From assembly GCF_009914755.1 (NCBI RefSeq), contig NC_060925.1: a stretch of 64,000 bases of DNA, one strand, 5' to 3'. Position numbers and translations under genes: made by a program. Of this stretch, positions 46,765 through 58,660 are shown piece by piece; the stretch's first letter is position 1, and each line of letters starts with the position of its first letter. The notes below the pieces were generated by a model that did not search any database, was not told the DNA's origin, and worked only from the letters and a program-made list of their open reading frames with translations. The stretch comes from the human T2T-CHM13v2.0 reference genome, Homo sapiens.

Positions 46765-47202
46765 TATCGAAGAGTACTAGCTTATCCAAATTGCTGTTTC
46801 TCCTCTCCTTCTTGGGCACATACAGAAAGGAAACTTCCCAGCCTCCTTTGTGTCACTTGTGGTCATGTGACTAAGTGCTAGCCAATGGAATATGAGTAGA
46901 AGCGATGTCTGCCACTTCTAGATTTGACCTAAAAAATCTTCCCGCTGTGGTTCTCAATGTGCCTTCTCCATTTGCTACTGCATGATGACTCCCAGGCAAC
47001 CTGGAAGCCACAGGTTGAAATGGCAGGGCCTCTGTCAGCCTGGGTCTTTGAATAACTGTATAGAGCAGAGACACCGCACCCCGTCTCCTCCCCATCCCAG
47101 TGCCAATAGACTTTGCTTGAGAGAGAAATAAACTTTTACTCTGTTGAGCGTCTGAAATGCTGGGGTGTTTTTTTTTGTAAAGCAGTTAGCTAACTTTAAT
47201 AC
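46765..47202 (+). mobile_element. Old MLT1 solo LTR (MLT1G/H-like)
   Basis: ttcccagcctcc...ggtcatgtgact...gccaatggaat...gaaataaacttt...taataca. Confidence 0.75.
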
Positions 47203-47414
47203 AAGATGTAAGAATCTAGGCAAATCTATACCATGAGACCATGCACTGACCTGTCATTTATGAAGCCAGAGCCCTGAACATAGTTCTGTAATTCTCCTGC
47301 AGAGGTTGCCTATACCACAATCCCCTACTGAAAAGCTGTCTAGAAAGGATTCCTCTGACTCCAGGAGCAGGACTCAGGCTGTCAAGAGTATTCTAGTTCT
47401 CCACGAATGGTTTA

Positions 47415-47777
<363 letters not shown>

Positions 47778-48129
47778 CTAGCACTGTACAAAGCATAAAA
47801 TAAACACTCAGAAATTCTAACTCAAGAATCTGGAGAGAACAAAATTGGATAGAAGGAAGCCAGAGGCATAGCTGCAAAGGAGCATGACATGTAACACGGA
47901 CAGAGTCACAGCATAAGGCCACCTTCTAGGCCCTGCACTGTGTACTTGCCACAGACTGGCAGACTGTCATTAAGGTTTAAGAGAGAATTCTCTAGGTCTT
48001 TAAGATGTTTATCCAAATTATTCCTCTCAGCCTTAAAATCCTTCAGTCATTTTGGATACCTCTCTCTCTCCTTTCTTTGGATACCTCTCTCTCTCCTTTC
48101 TAGTCCATTAAGTAAAATAGCTCCTACCC

Positions 48130-48365
48130 ATGCAATAGTTATTCTGATCAGGCACTGTGCATGGCTTTACATATGTTGTGTTATATAATCTTCACATTAA
48201 GTACATAATATTATTATCCCTATTCTGCAGATGAAAAAACTGAGGCACCAAAAAGTTAAGTAGCTTGACCAAGCTCATACAGCTAGTGAGGGGAAAACCC
48301 AGAGCTGAAATCTAAGCACTTGGACTCCCTGCCAAATCATCTGCCCTTAACCATTGTACTATACT
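48130..48365 (-). mobile_element. MIR
   Basis: MIR core: ttctgcagatgaaaaaactgaggcac...aagttaagtagcttgaccaag. Confidence 0.75.
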
Positions 48366-48729
48366 GTTTCCAGCAGTAAAATTCAGCAGATTTTTGCTCA
48401 TGTAAGAGACCTCTCAGGAGAGGGTTGATCCTTCAAAAGGGCCAATAGATAGAATCCAGTTCATTGGCCCTTCATATTTGCATCCTTTTTGTTTTTTATT
48501 TTGTCCCTCGTGGGATTTGGGAAGCTCTCAGCATGATGCTGGTGTTCACCCTTGGAGGTACCTCCCTTCTCTAAATCTTAGCAGTTCCCTAGCATGGTGA
48601 GATCCTGGGGCTGCTGCCACAATCCTCTGGAAAAGAAAAGCTTGAAGAGAAGCTTCTTGGCTCCAGTAGATTCTTAATGCTGAGGAGAAGAGCTGTTCTG
48701 TGGGGCCAATCTGTCACTGCATCTATATT

Positions 48730-48745
48730 TAGCGCCATCTGCCAG
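48730..48745 (-). promoter_or_regulatory. Candidate CTCF core motif
   Basis: Minus strand CTGGCAGATGGCGCTA versus consensus CCRSYAGRKGGCRS: one mismatch, CpG retained. Confidence 0.5.
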
Positions 48746-49204
48746 GAATATTTCAAACTGCCTATTTTAGCACATGCTGTTTCGTGCAAATGCGACTGCT
48801 CCACCACTAGTTCGTGGGAAACCAAGGGCACTAAGTGGATTTTCTGTTTTTTTATGTTAAGTGTTGCAAGTTGGCCCTTCAGTCAACCTTCAAATGAGAT
48901 ATGGGAGAGAAGGGAGGTGGAGTTTTCCCAGGGTGTTAGTCCCAGGAGCCCACACATTCAGCTGCTCAAAAGTAACCCAAGGATGGCAGCTGTAGAGGAG
49001 GCGGAGGTGGCTCTGGGGGTTCAGGGGGAAGGGCAAGGGAATATAAAAGCCCAGGACTCCTATCCAGCAGCCCCAAGGCAAAGTGATGGCCTTATCCACT
49101 TCAGTGTTCTCCACTCCAACTCCGAGATCATTGTCCAGACTCTTGCAGCCTTAACATACCCCCAGGAGAGCCTTCTTGACCCATCTCAGTGAAAAACAAG
49201 GGCT

Positions 49205-49445
49205 CCCATTTACTGAGGACTTTCCTTGTGCCAATTTTCAGTGCTTGCTTTGATATGCATATTTGTTTCTGGCATACAACCTCTTTATGGGGGAGGCTCT
49301 ATTACTAGTTCTACTCACAGATAAGGCAATTGAGTCTTAGTGAGGGTCAGGAACTTGCCCAAGGGCACATTGCTTGTAAGTGGTGGAGTCAGAATTCAAA
49401 CCCAGCCCCAGCTAAGACCAGGTCTTATGATCTTAAACACTGTGT
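49205..49445 (-). mobile_element. MIR
   Basis: cagataaggcaattgagtcttagtgagggtcaggaacttgcccaagg. Confidence 0.7.
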
Positions 49446-50196
49446 ACTGACCAATTCTATACATCCTCCCATCCAGTATCCCTGTTTTCTTCCCCCAGGT
49501 ATAGGCACACACTATATTTTTTGCATATATTTCAATTTCCAACTTATTCTCCAGACTTGATGGTTAACTGCATTTGAAGAGCTCTGACCATAGGTTTGCT
49601 ATCCAGCTCCCAGTCAGCAATGATGCTAACTCCCTAAGAAGCCCTCCTAGATTGGCCCCAGCAATAGCCCAGTGAGGGAGAGTGGCTTCTAGGTTTGCCC
49701 CAACTCTTGAGGAAGAACTGGTGGGTAGGAACAACCAAGCAGCCTTATGACAGGTTGTTATAGCTGCAGAGGTGAGTTTGACTGGAAAGGTACAGATTCT
49801 GGCTTTATAGATGGTAAGGACTGCCTGGAAAAGGAATTGCCACCAGGGACTGGCATGGGGCTGGGCTGAGAAGACTGACAGTGGAGTGGGGCTCAATAAC
49901 ACAGCTGTCCTGTATGACTTATTAATCTTAAGAGCGACTGACTCTAGGCAAATTCTAAATTGTGATCATAGGAAAATCTCAAAATATATACATATTTTTT
50001 ATAGACACAATTCCCAAGGATAACCAATTTTCATTAAATCACCCTGGGATAAAGGCTAGAAGAGATGGCTCCATGTTTGCTATGGTTTGGGAAATTTGGA
50101 ACTGAGTCCTTGGGCTGTCCAGGGACTGAAGAATATGAGTGGCATAGAATAGAGGCTAGATGTTAGATCTTTTAATAGCCAACTTCATATCCCATC

Positions 50197-50740
50197 TGTT
50201 TCAGTTATTTATTCCTGCATAACAAGCCACACTTAAACTTAGTGGTTTAAAACAAAAGCAATCACTGTATTATCATCTCTGGGGTTGAGGGGTTGACTGG
50301 CCTCAGCTAGGTGGTTCTCACTGGGGTTTCTCCTGAATTACAGTCAGATAATGCATGGGCTTGAAGCCATCTCAAAGACCTCCTCACATACATTAAAATA
50401 GGTGCTGGCTGTCAGCTGGGACCTCAGCTTGGCTGTCTGTCAGGACACCTACATACGGTCTCTCCATATGGCCTGGACTTCCCTGCAGCATGGGAGCTGC
50501 ATTCCCAGAGGGAGAGACCTGAGAAAATGCGGCAAATGCTATATAGCCTTTTGTGATCTACCCTTAGAAGTTACATAGTGTCACAGCACAGTCACACCGT
50601 CACAGGTCAGCACCCACGCAAGAGGGCACACCGATATTCTTCTTAAGTGGAAAGGCATTAACATTAATTTGTAAGAAGGTCATGTGGTATGGGATATAAG
50701 ATTGTGGTGATCATCTTTGAAAAATGCAATCTGCCATACC
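50197..50740 (-). mobile_element. Old MLT1 solo LTR
   Basis: gcataacaagccac...aaacttagtggtttaaaacaa...tctgccatac. Confidence 0.75.
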
Positions 50741-50869
50741 AATTACATAGGGCCAGGGGAAGAACCTGGATTTGGTGAACAAATTGGGGTGGCAAAGTAG
50801 CTGGCATTTGAATACAAGAGGGGTGGCCAGGCAGCAGAGGACCAAGACTCCACGCACATCCTTCATAGT

Positions 50870-51320
50870 TTCAACTAATGCTTACTGGGTACTTAACATT
50901 TGCCAGAAATTGGGGCTGTAATAGCAGTGAGCAAGAGACAAGGTGCCTGCCTTCATGCACGTTACAGTCTGGTGGGGAGACAGCAAACAATGGCTCAAAT
51001 AAACACAGAAGCTCCATAAAGAAATATAACAGTTGGGTAAGGGGAGTGACACTATTAGGGAGAGGGGTTTCTATTTTAGATAAAGTGCTTAGGGAAGACC
51101 TTGCTGAAATGGGAACATTTAAGCAGAGACCTGAATGAGGTGAGGGAGCGAAACAAGCAAACCTCTGGAAGAAGGGCATTCCAGGCTGAGGGAAGAGCAG
51201 GAACAGTCTCAGGGATAAGCTTGGCATGTTCAAAAAATAACAAGAAGCCCAGTGTGGCAAGTGAGGAAGGACTGAGTGGAAGAAGGATAGGAAATGACGA
51301 CGAGAAGTTACCAAGAGTAG
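50870..51320 (-). mobile_element. L2 fragment
   Basis: catttaagcagagacctgaatgagg...gggcattccaggc. Confidence 0.7.
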
Positions 51321-51832
51321 TTAATGCTTAACTGGGGGCAAAATCCATTTCAAAACATTGCTTCTGTTGATATTTGTTTTCCTGGTCTTAGGATGGAAGA
51401 ACAACTCCTCCTCTTCCAAATGTAAATGACTATGTTTCCATTTGGGGCAGAGCTGACTGAATACAGATTTCAGAAGGCATCTCTGACACGCATGTAGAGG
51501 CATCTGGCCACCTTGGGGTACCTTCCCACCATGTACCACAGTCAATCTGGTCTTTGTCAGGGCATCTTTCTCTTCAGAAAGTAACTATGACAACGGAGTT
51601 GGATGCTGCGAGTCTGCGGCAGCCCTCTATTTGCACACAACATGTGATGCTATCAGAACACAGAATTATGAATCAGTGCAGTGTCAGCTTTTCTCTTTGT
51701 AGTGAACAAGTTATCTGCTCTTTGATTCAATTAATGTTTTATTATTGGTTTTGTTTTTATTATGACTGTTCCATAACAAGATGATCAATATGTTCTATAG
51801 CGTCGTTTCCCAGACACATCTGAGCAGAGCCC

Positions 51833-52433
51833 CGTATCAGTTTTCTATTGCTGCTGCAACAAATTACTGCAAACATAACAGCTAAATTACACAAATTTAT
51901 CTTACAGTTCTGGAGGTCAGAAGTTTGATACGGGTCTCACTAGGCTAAAATCAAGGTATTCACAGGGCTGTGTTCCTTTCTTGAGGCTCAAAGAGAAGGA
52001 TCGGCTTCCTTTGTAGTTCAGGTTGTTGGGAGAATTCAGTTCCTTGCCATTACAGGACTGAGGGCTCCATTCCCTGCTGGCTGTCAGCTGAGGGCCCTCT
52101 CCAGCTTCTGGAGGCTGCCCACATTCCTTGGCTCACAGCCCCTTCCTCCATCAGCAAAGCTAGCAATAGCGGGTCAAATCCCTCTCATATTTTGAATCTC
52201 TCCTCCTTCTGTCTTATCTCCCTCTGACCACAACCAGGAAAGATTTTCAGCTTTTAAGGACTTATGTGTTTAGATTGGGCCCACCTGGATAATCCAGGAT
52301 ACTCTCCCCTTCTCAAAGGTTCCTAACCTGAGTCACCTCGGCAAAGTCGCTTTTACCATGTAAGTGAACATTGTCATGGGTTTCAGAGATTACATGTGGA
52401 CTTTGGTGGCAGGTGAATTATTCTGTCTACAGC
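51833..52433 (-). mobile_element. MLT1E-like solo LTR
   Basis: gtatcagttttctattgctgctg...tcttacagttctggaggtcagaag...attctgtctaca. Confidence 0.8.
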
Positions 52434-52839
52434 AACCCTTATTTCCTGACTACATTAAACTACAGTTTAATGGAATACAGTTTGGGAAGCACTGCCCGAG
52501 AGGTATCAATTCTAGACAGGTAAGAAACTAATTCTTTATGGGTAATGACCCAAGCATGGGTGAGCACAGGGCCAGGTGGAGGATGGATTCCTCCATGTGG
52601 TTCGGGAGTGGGGTGCAGGAAATAAGGATAAAGCATAATGGAGTTCAGTGACAGATTTCACCTTCTTGCCAAGCCACAAGTATAAATCAGGTAGATTTCC
52701 TAATTGGGCTTGTCTGTCAAGAACTTCTAATTGTAGTGCCTGAAGGGAAAGGGGTGGACAACTATGGCACTAGGTGATTTTCACAGTCATCTCATATAAG
52801 GGTCATGCTAACTTGTGAAGGCAAACCCTGCACTTGAAC

Positions 52840-53240
52840 CTCAGTGTGGTGGGTTCATTTGGTGTCCCACTCAGATCCCCTTTATCAGGCTGGTGTGCTC
52901 ATCCTACAGGGTGGTAAGCTGACAGCTCACAGATTCTCCCTTCTCTGGAAATTATCCTTAAAGCCCTTGGGAGCTGCCTTAGCTAGGAAGTTATCCCCCC
53001 AATCACCCCTTACCTCCAACATACACACATACATACATACACACTCCACAGAAAGTCTGTGACATCATTTATGCTCCAAAGTCCTCTGGGGATCACATTT
53101 GAGAACACATTCTTGTTTCACTCTTCCCCCTTCAATTTCCTGCTTCCCCTCCTCCATTACAAGTTTTTCTTGACTAAATCAATACATCTCGTGTCCTCAA
53201 AACCCTGCCTCAGGTTCTGCTTCCAAAGAACCAACGTAAC
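52840..53240 (+). mobile_element. Old ERVL-type LTR fragment (LTR16/33-like)
   Basis: 3' end aaaccctgcctcaggttctgcttccaaagaacc resembles this LTR class. Confidence 0.45.
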
Positions 53241-54502
53241 TTGCCACGGCTCCCTAATTCCAAAGACCTTGCTCTTTGTAGCTACCTAGCCTAGAATCAG
53301 ACAAGCACTAAGAAAAAGACTGGAGAAAATATCCCTGACACACCTGGGACATGCTGTCTTCTAGATATGTCACTGAATAAATCAAAGGAAGTTTGTTTAT
53401 TTGCAAAAGTTGGGTGGGAGTTCGGTGTATGATTCTAAAGACTTAGGTTGTGGAAAAGAACAGGAAGTGAGAGTTGAGAGTTAAAGTTGAATACAATGGT
53501 CCACTCCACTATAAGCTCCTTGGGGACAGGAGCCATGTCCATGTTGTTCTCTACTGCATCCCTGTGCTTAGCACAACAGCTGGCACGTGGTACCTCTGCA
53601 ACTTGTGGAATAAGTAGGTGAAAAAAGTAGAGAAAAGCAATAGGGGGTCAGGTTTCTGTGAGTCAGGAGGTTCAACTGGGAGAAAGCTGGGGAAACAGAG
53701 TCTGTTCTCGATAGTACAGGCTGCTTTGCACTCTTCCAAGATCTTCTGTGATAGCCTCACTTCTGGAATGTTTCCAGGAATCGGCTCATGTAGGCCCTCC
53801 TCTGGAAAATGGCAGCATTTCTAATAAGCCTTTCTCCTTCTACACACGGGAAAGAATCCAGCAGCCTTGTCCTAAACCAAGAACATATCTTGCCTGTTAG
53901 AGGTCTAGTGGATCCCTAGATTAGACTTACATTATTTTTATTTATTAACAGGTTATTTAAATTTGTACAGTATAAAACCAGGTATTAGCTCATTTTACTT
54001 TAGTGTTTATATACAACTAACATATTTATGTTTTAAATACCAAAAAGTCACAAAACCGGTAAAATTGTAATTAATAACATTCATGAAAGGTGACCTAATA
54101 TTGTTTTTGTAAAATGAAATCTCTACCACATGTAGTGTGGTACTGACTCTCCAAGCCCATGCGCTTTTGAAATTAGCCCGTTCATATTACCGTGTACCTG
54201 ATGCAAACATCTTCTCTGATCTCTCAATTTCTCTCTATTCAAACGACTTCTAAACCTTCCTTTGTATAAAATGGACCCTGCTGTGCAAACGCATTTTTGT
54301 GTTAAGTCCACCTTTTTCATTCCTCACTAGCTTTGAAAATAAATAGCTTTACTTAGCATTAATTTATTACACATTGTGTTATACATGTAAATACATAGAG
54401 GCTTAAATCATGCAGTGCCTGGATTATAAATTGGACATTCAGATAACTTAGAATATGTAAACTTGTAAGTACATATATGTTATATTTATATGTATGGATA
54501 TA

Positions 54503-54944
54503 CAGTTGACCCTTGAACAACTTGGGTGTTACGGGCACCAACCCACATGCAGTGGAAAATCTGCCTATAACTTTTGATTCCCCCAGATCTTAACGACTAA
54601 TAGACTACTGTTGACCAAAAGCCTTACTGATAACATAAACAGCCAATAAACACATATTTTGTAAGTTGTATATATTATATACTGTATTCTTACAATAAAG
54701 TAAGCTAGAGAAAAGAAGATGTTTATAAGAAAATCATAAAGAAGAGAAAATATATTTACTATTCATTGAGTAGAAGTGGATCATCATAAAGGTCTTCATC
54801 CTTGTCATCTTCTAACTGAGTAGGCTGAGGAAGAGAAGGAAAGGAGGGGTTGGTCTTGCTGTCTGAGGGGTGGTCGAGGCAGAAGAAAATATATATATAA
54901 ATAAATCTGCACAGTTCAAATCCATGTGGTTCAAGGGTCAACTG
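54503..54944. mobile_element. Tigger2a/MER28-like MITE
   Basis: Perfect 16-bp TIRs CAGTTGACCCTTGAAC / GTTCAAGGGTCAACTG; TA at left flank. Confidence 0.9.
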
Positions 54945-55083
54945 TGTATGCATCTATGTAGATGAGATAATCATCAAAGTCTAGTTTTAAAATGAAAAAT
55001 TACATCATTCTTTTAGAAAACTCCTGGAACCTTGAGGAACACTGCTTTAGGCATACCCTGGTCTAGAATGCCACCTGTCTATA

Positions 55084-55408
55084 CAGTTCTCCCTCAGTAT
55101 CTGAAGTGGATCAGCTCCAGGACCCCCACAGATGCCAAATTCCACAGATGCTCAAGTCCCTTACATAAAATGGCATAGTATTTGCATATAACCTACACAT
55201 ATCTTCTTGTATACTTCAAATAATCTCTAGATTACTTATAATCCCTAATAGAATGTAAATGCTATGCAAATAGTTGTTATACTGCATTATTTTTAGTTGT
55301 ACCTTTTTCTATTGTTGTATTGCTATTTAAATGTTTTCAAATATTTTCCAATTTTCCAAGATTGGCTGAATCTGCACATGTGGAAACAGCACAGGCAAAG
55401 GCTGACAG
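55084..55408. mobile_element. MER2 (Tigger-type MITE)
   Basis: gatgctcaagtcccttacataaaatggcatagtatttgcatataacc. Confidence 0.85.
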
Positions 55409-57513
55409 TATGCAGCTTTATTTCTCTTTCTGTCATGCCCATGCATTCAGTCAAAAATTAAAATTATTTCTCTTTACCTCTCCACTTGCATATTCAACCA
55501 TTATACATAGTTGTTCATCTATTTTAGAACAACCAGCCACATTTATTGCATGCCTATCATACCTACATCTTGATTTCACAAGAACACTGCAAAATAGTAT
55601 TATTAATATTAATATGTTATGGTTTACATTTTAAAAATGAGAAATCTGGAGATCAGCGTGTTCAGGGGACTTGCCCAAGAACACGCTCATGTCAAAGGCT
55701 GGGCTTTGACTCAATTCTGTCTGATCTTAGATCCCATAATTGTGCCCTTTGCTATAGCCCCAAGGTACTGAAAGGTGCATCGCACATAGTGGGTGCTCAA
55801 TAAACATTTTTTGAATGAATATGAGAACAATGAACTGTTTCCATTCCATCAGTCTGCCTGTACTCCCAGCCTGTTGGCACTGTTTCCTCTCTAGGCATGC
55901 AAAGCCTAGGGGAGTACAAACTAAGGTTTGACTCACCCTGGTATCCCACAGCATGCCTGGCCACATAGTAGGTTCTCAAATACTCATTAATTTGAATTGA
56001 CTTGAACTCCTCCCAAGACCCCGCTTGGAAACTTTTTTGAAGGTTAATTTAGAATGAGAAAAGAGAACTTGAGGAAGAGAGTGTGCTAGTGATGATACAA
56101 GCCCCCAGCTAGCCTTGGTAACTGGAATGGGAAGCATTGGCCACCTCCTCCTGAGACTGGGCTCCAAGCCCTGCTTGGTAATGCAGGCAAAAGCATGTGA
56201 TTCAGACAGCAGCAAAGCCACAGAACGGCACGCCAAGTTCAAAGTCATTGAAGCAAGTAGTGTAAGTGACAAAATTTAAAAGACAGAGACCTCTGTAGAA
56301 GAAGCCAGGGTACCCAGAATTGACAGCATTGAAAGCTGGGCTTAGGTGGAAATGACAAGAATCTCTGCCCTACCCCTAGCAGGAGGTCCTCGGTGAGTAG
56401 CTTATAAAATGCCCTTCTAAGTCCCTAAAGGAGCCCACTGCTGGATCAGCCAAGGCTGGGAAGGTCCTCGTGATCATGATTGAGGTTCTCACAGTCTTCC
56501 TGCCAAGGCTGCTCTTCGGGGCAGACAAAATGTACCGGGAGCTCCGCGGGTCATTTGTGTTTACATTTTTTCCCTCTTTACTGCTCTTGATGTTCACTCT
56601 TCCAAAATTATCAAGCTCTCACTCTAGCCTAGTTCAACAGAAACATTTCTCTACTTCCAGACTGTTTAGAGCTTCCTCTCCAGCCAGCAAAAGGCCCAGC
56701 CCATTACTGGTGCACAGGGGCACTGACCAGCAGCAGCTTGGCTTGTCCTGTTTGACGGGGCTTGGCCTCATTGCCCTTCTGAAGGAGGCCCAAATGCCCA
56801 TGTCTATTCCATCCCCAGATGCCAGCGAAATTGCAAGGTGTTTTCAGTGACAGGGCACCTTGCAAAAGTGGGAGCATCTTTGCATACATCACCTGAAATG
56901 GGGTCAAGGAAGAAAAGATTCATGCAAGACCCATCAGGGACAGACACTGGTACCCAGTGGATATCAGCTCATAGCAATTCTGTGTGCACTTTGCAGATCA
57001 GGAAACTGAGGTTCTCCTGAGACACAGAGTTGAAAATCAGGGGGTCAGTTCCCCAAGGTCCCAGCTTCCTCATCCTTTACACTCAAATACATTGCAAGGG
57101 CATCTCTCTCACTGACCCCACCTCTCAGAAGGGAATTTGTTCTCTCCTTTTTCCTCCTCCCTCAACCACTGATTCAGGAAGAAACTAATAAACTCATGAT
57201 TTGTAAAGTTTTGTTCCTCAGCTCTTCTCAGATACGCTTCAGTTGAAAACACAGTGTTCATTCATTCCAGATTTCCCAAGACACTTCCAATTTCATGCAA
57301 TGTTATAATTGTAATAAATTCATTTACTTCAATTTGTGACGAAGTATAATTTCATTTCATATCATTTTAAGGTATTGCATGTACACAAATTCAGAAACTG
57401 GAAAGAATATGTTTTGTTAAATGCCATGCCCTGATTTTTGAATTGGAAAATATAAAATGTGTTCCATCTCTGCTGTGCATGCACATAGCATAACATGATC
57501 ACAGGAAATTCTT

Positions 57514-58660
57514 CACCTTAGTTCTTCTTTGGTCTGGCTTTTTTTTTTTTTTTTTTTTGAGAGGAGGTTCTCTGTTCCAGGCATAGGGAGAACTGTTGTA
57601 TATCCCTCATTGCAGGCACAGCCCCGGAATCTTCCAGCCCTTTCGCCAAACAGATTCTTCACCATGTGGTCTCAGTTTCCCTGCCCGAAAAAGTCAAGAT
57701 ATGTTTCTCAATCTTGTAGCAACAGCTGCTCCCACCCCAAGGATTCCCCTACTCAAACCCGAGTGAAGAATGAAGCTGGTTTCTGTTTTAGGAACCAAAC
57801 AAAGTCCTGCCCCTCCTCAGGGGCCCCCCTTTGGACTGGCTCCCTTCCCTCTGTTTGGATAGCCCACTCTTTCCAAACCACTGAGTCATTTCCTCTCCGG
57901 GACTTTCTCATTAAAATCTTCCTGTTTGCTATAGTTCTGGAGCCCCTCTCTGAGTTACCGTTTCCTTCCTCATCCCCACTGAGCTGATTAATTAATAGCC
58001 CAGCACCGCCCTGCAATCTCTCCCACTGCGGCGTTCCTTCCCACTCTCATGTCGGCTGGAATCTCTACACTTCGTACACATTTGTACAAAGCCTCGGAGT
58101 TCCTAAAGCTGTGAGGGGAATGGAGGATACCACTCCTCTCCGGCAAGGTATTGCTTGAAAGATAAATTGGGAAGATGAGTGCCTAGAAACGGGCAGCAGA
58201 GAAAAAAAACCTACCAACAGCTTGTCCCAGAGCCGCCAGGCACAGCAAGTGCAGCAGTTGGGATACAGGCTCTAATTAATGCGCTAGGAGCTGCTCGACC
58301 CTGAGCAGCCCCTTCCTCTCCCAGAAGACAGCTGCGGTCTCCTCGAAGCCCCGGTTTGGAGGGTTGTGTGCACATCTGAGACCTGCTGACCCTGACAACA
58401 GGCAACAGATTGCAGCACCAAGGCAGAACTCCATGGGACAGAAAGACAGAAGACACCGGGGCTCTTTCGTTCAGTGACGGCGTGAAGAGGACTGTCACAG
58501 TCAACATGGCACCTTCATTCTTCTATTGGGCTTTTTTTTTTTTTTGGCGGGGTCGGGGAGGCAGTTCTCTGTTCCCGGCACACAGAGAACTGTTGTATCT
58601 TTCTCATTGCAGGCACAGCTCCAGAATATTCCAGCCCCTTCTCTAAATAGATTCTTGATC
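57514..58660 (+). repeat. Local direct duplication of ~150 bp (57514-57663 and 58510-58660)
   Basis: 76-bp cores starting at 57567 and 58564 differ at about 10 positions; both preceded by poly(T). Confidence 0.9.
57875..58580. promoter_or_regulatory. Candidate enhancer/promoter (AP-1, kB-like and ETS motifs; CpG-enriched)
   Basis: TGAGTCA 57882; GGGACTTTCT 57899; CTTCCTG ~57918; about 20 CpG in 58000-58580. Confidence 0.45.

Noticed and set aside
51560-51720. Acceptor-like ctttctcttcag followed by a short CpG-containing frame
   Set aside because: No convincing donor and no recognisable peptide; too weak to call.
57529-58646. Similar peptides from ORFs at 57529, 58410 and 58501 suggesting a paralogous gene pair
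   Set aside because: The similarity comes from the DNA duplication, and the frames run through poly(T) tracts.
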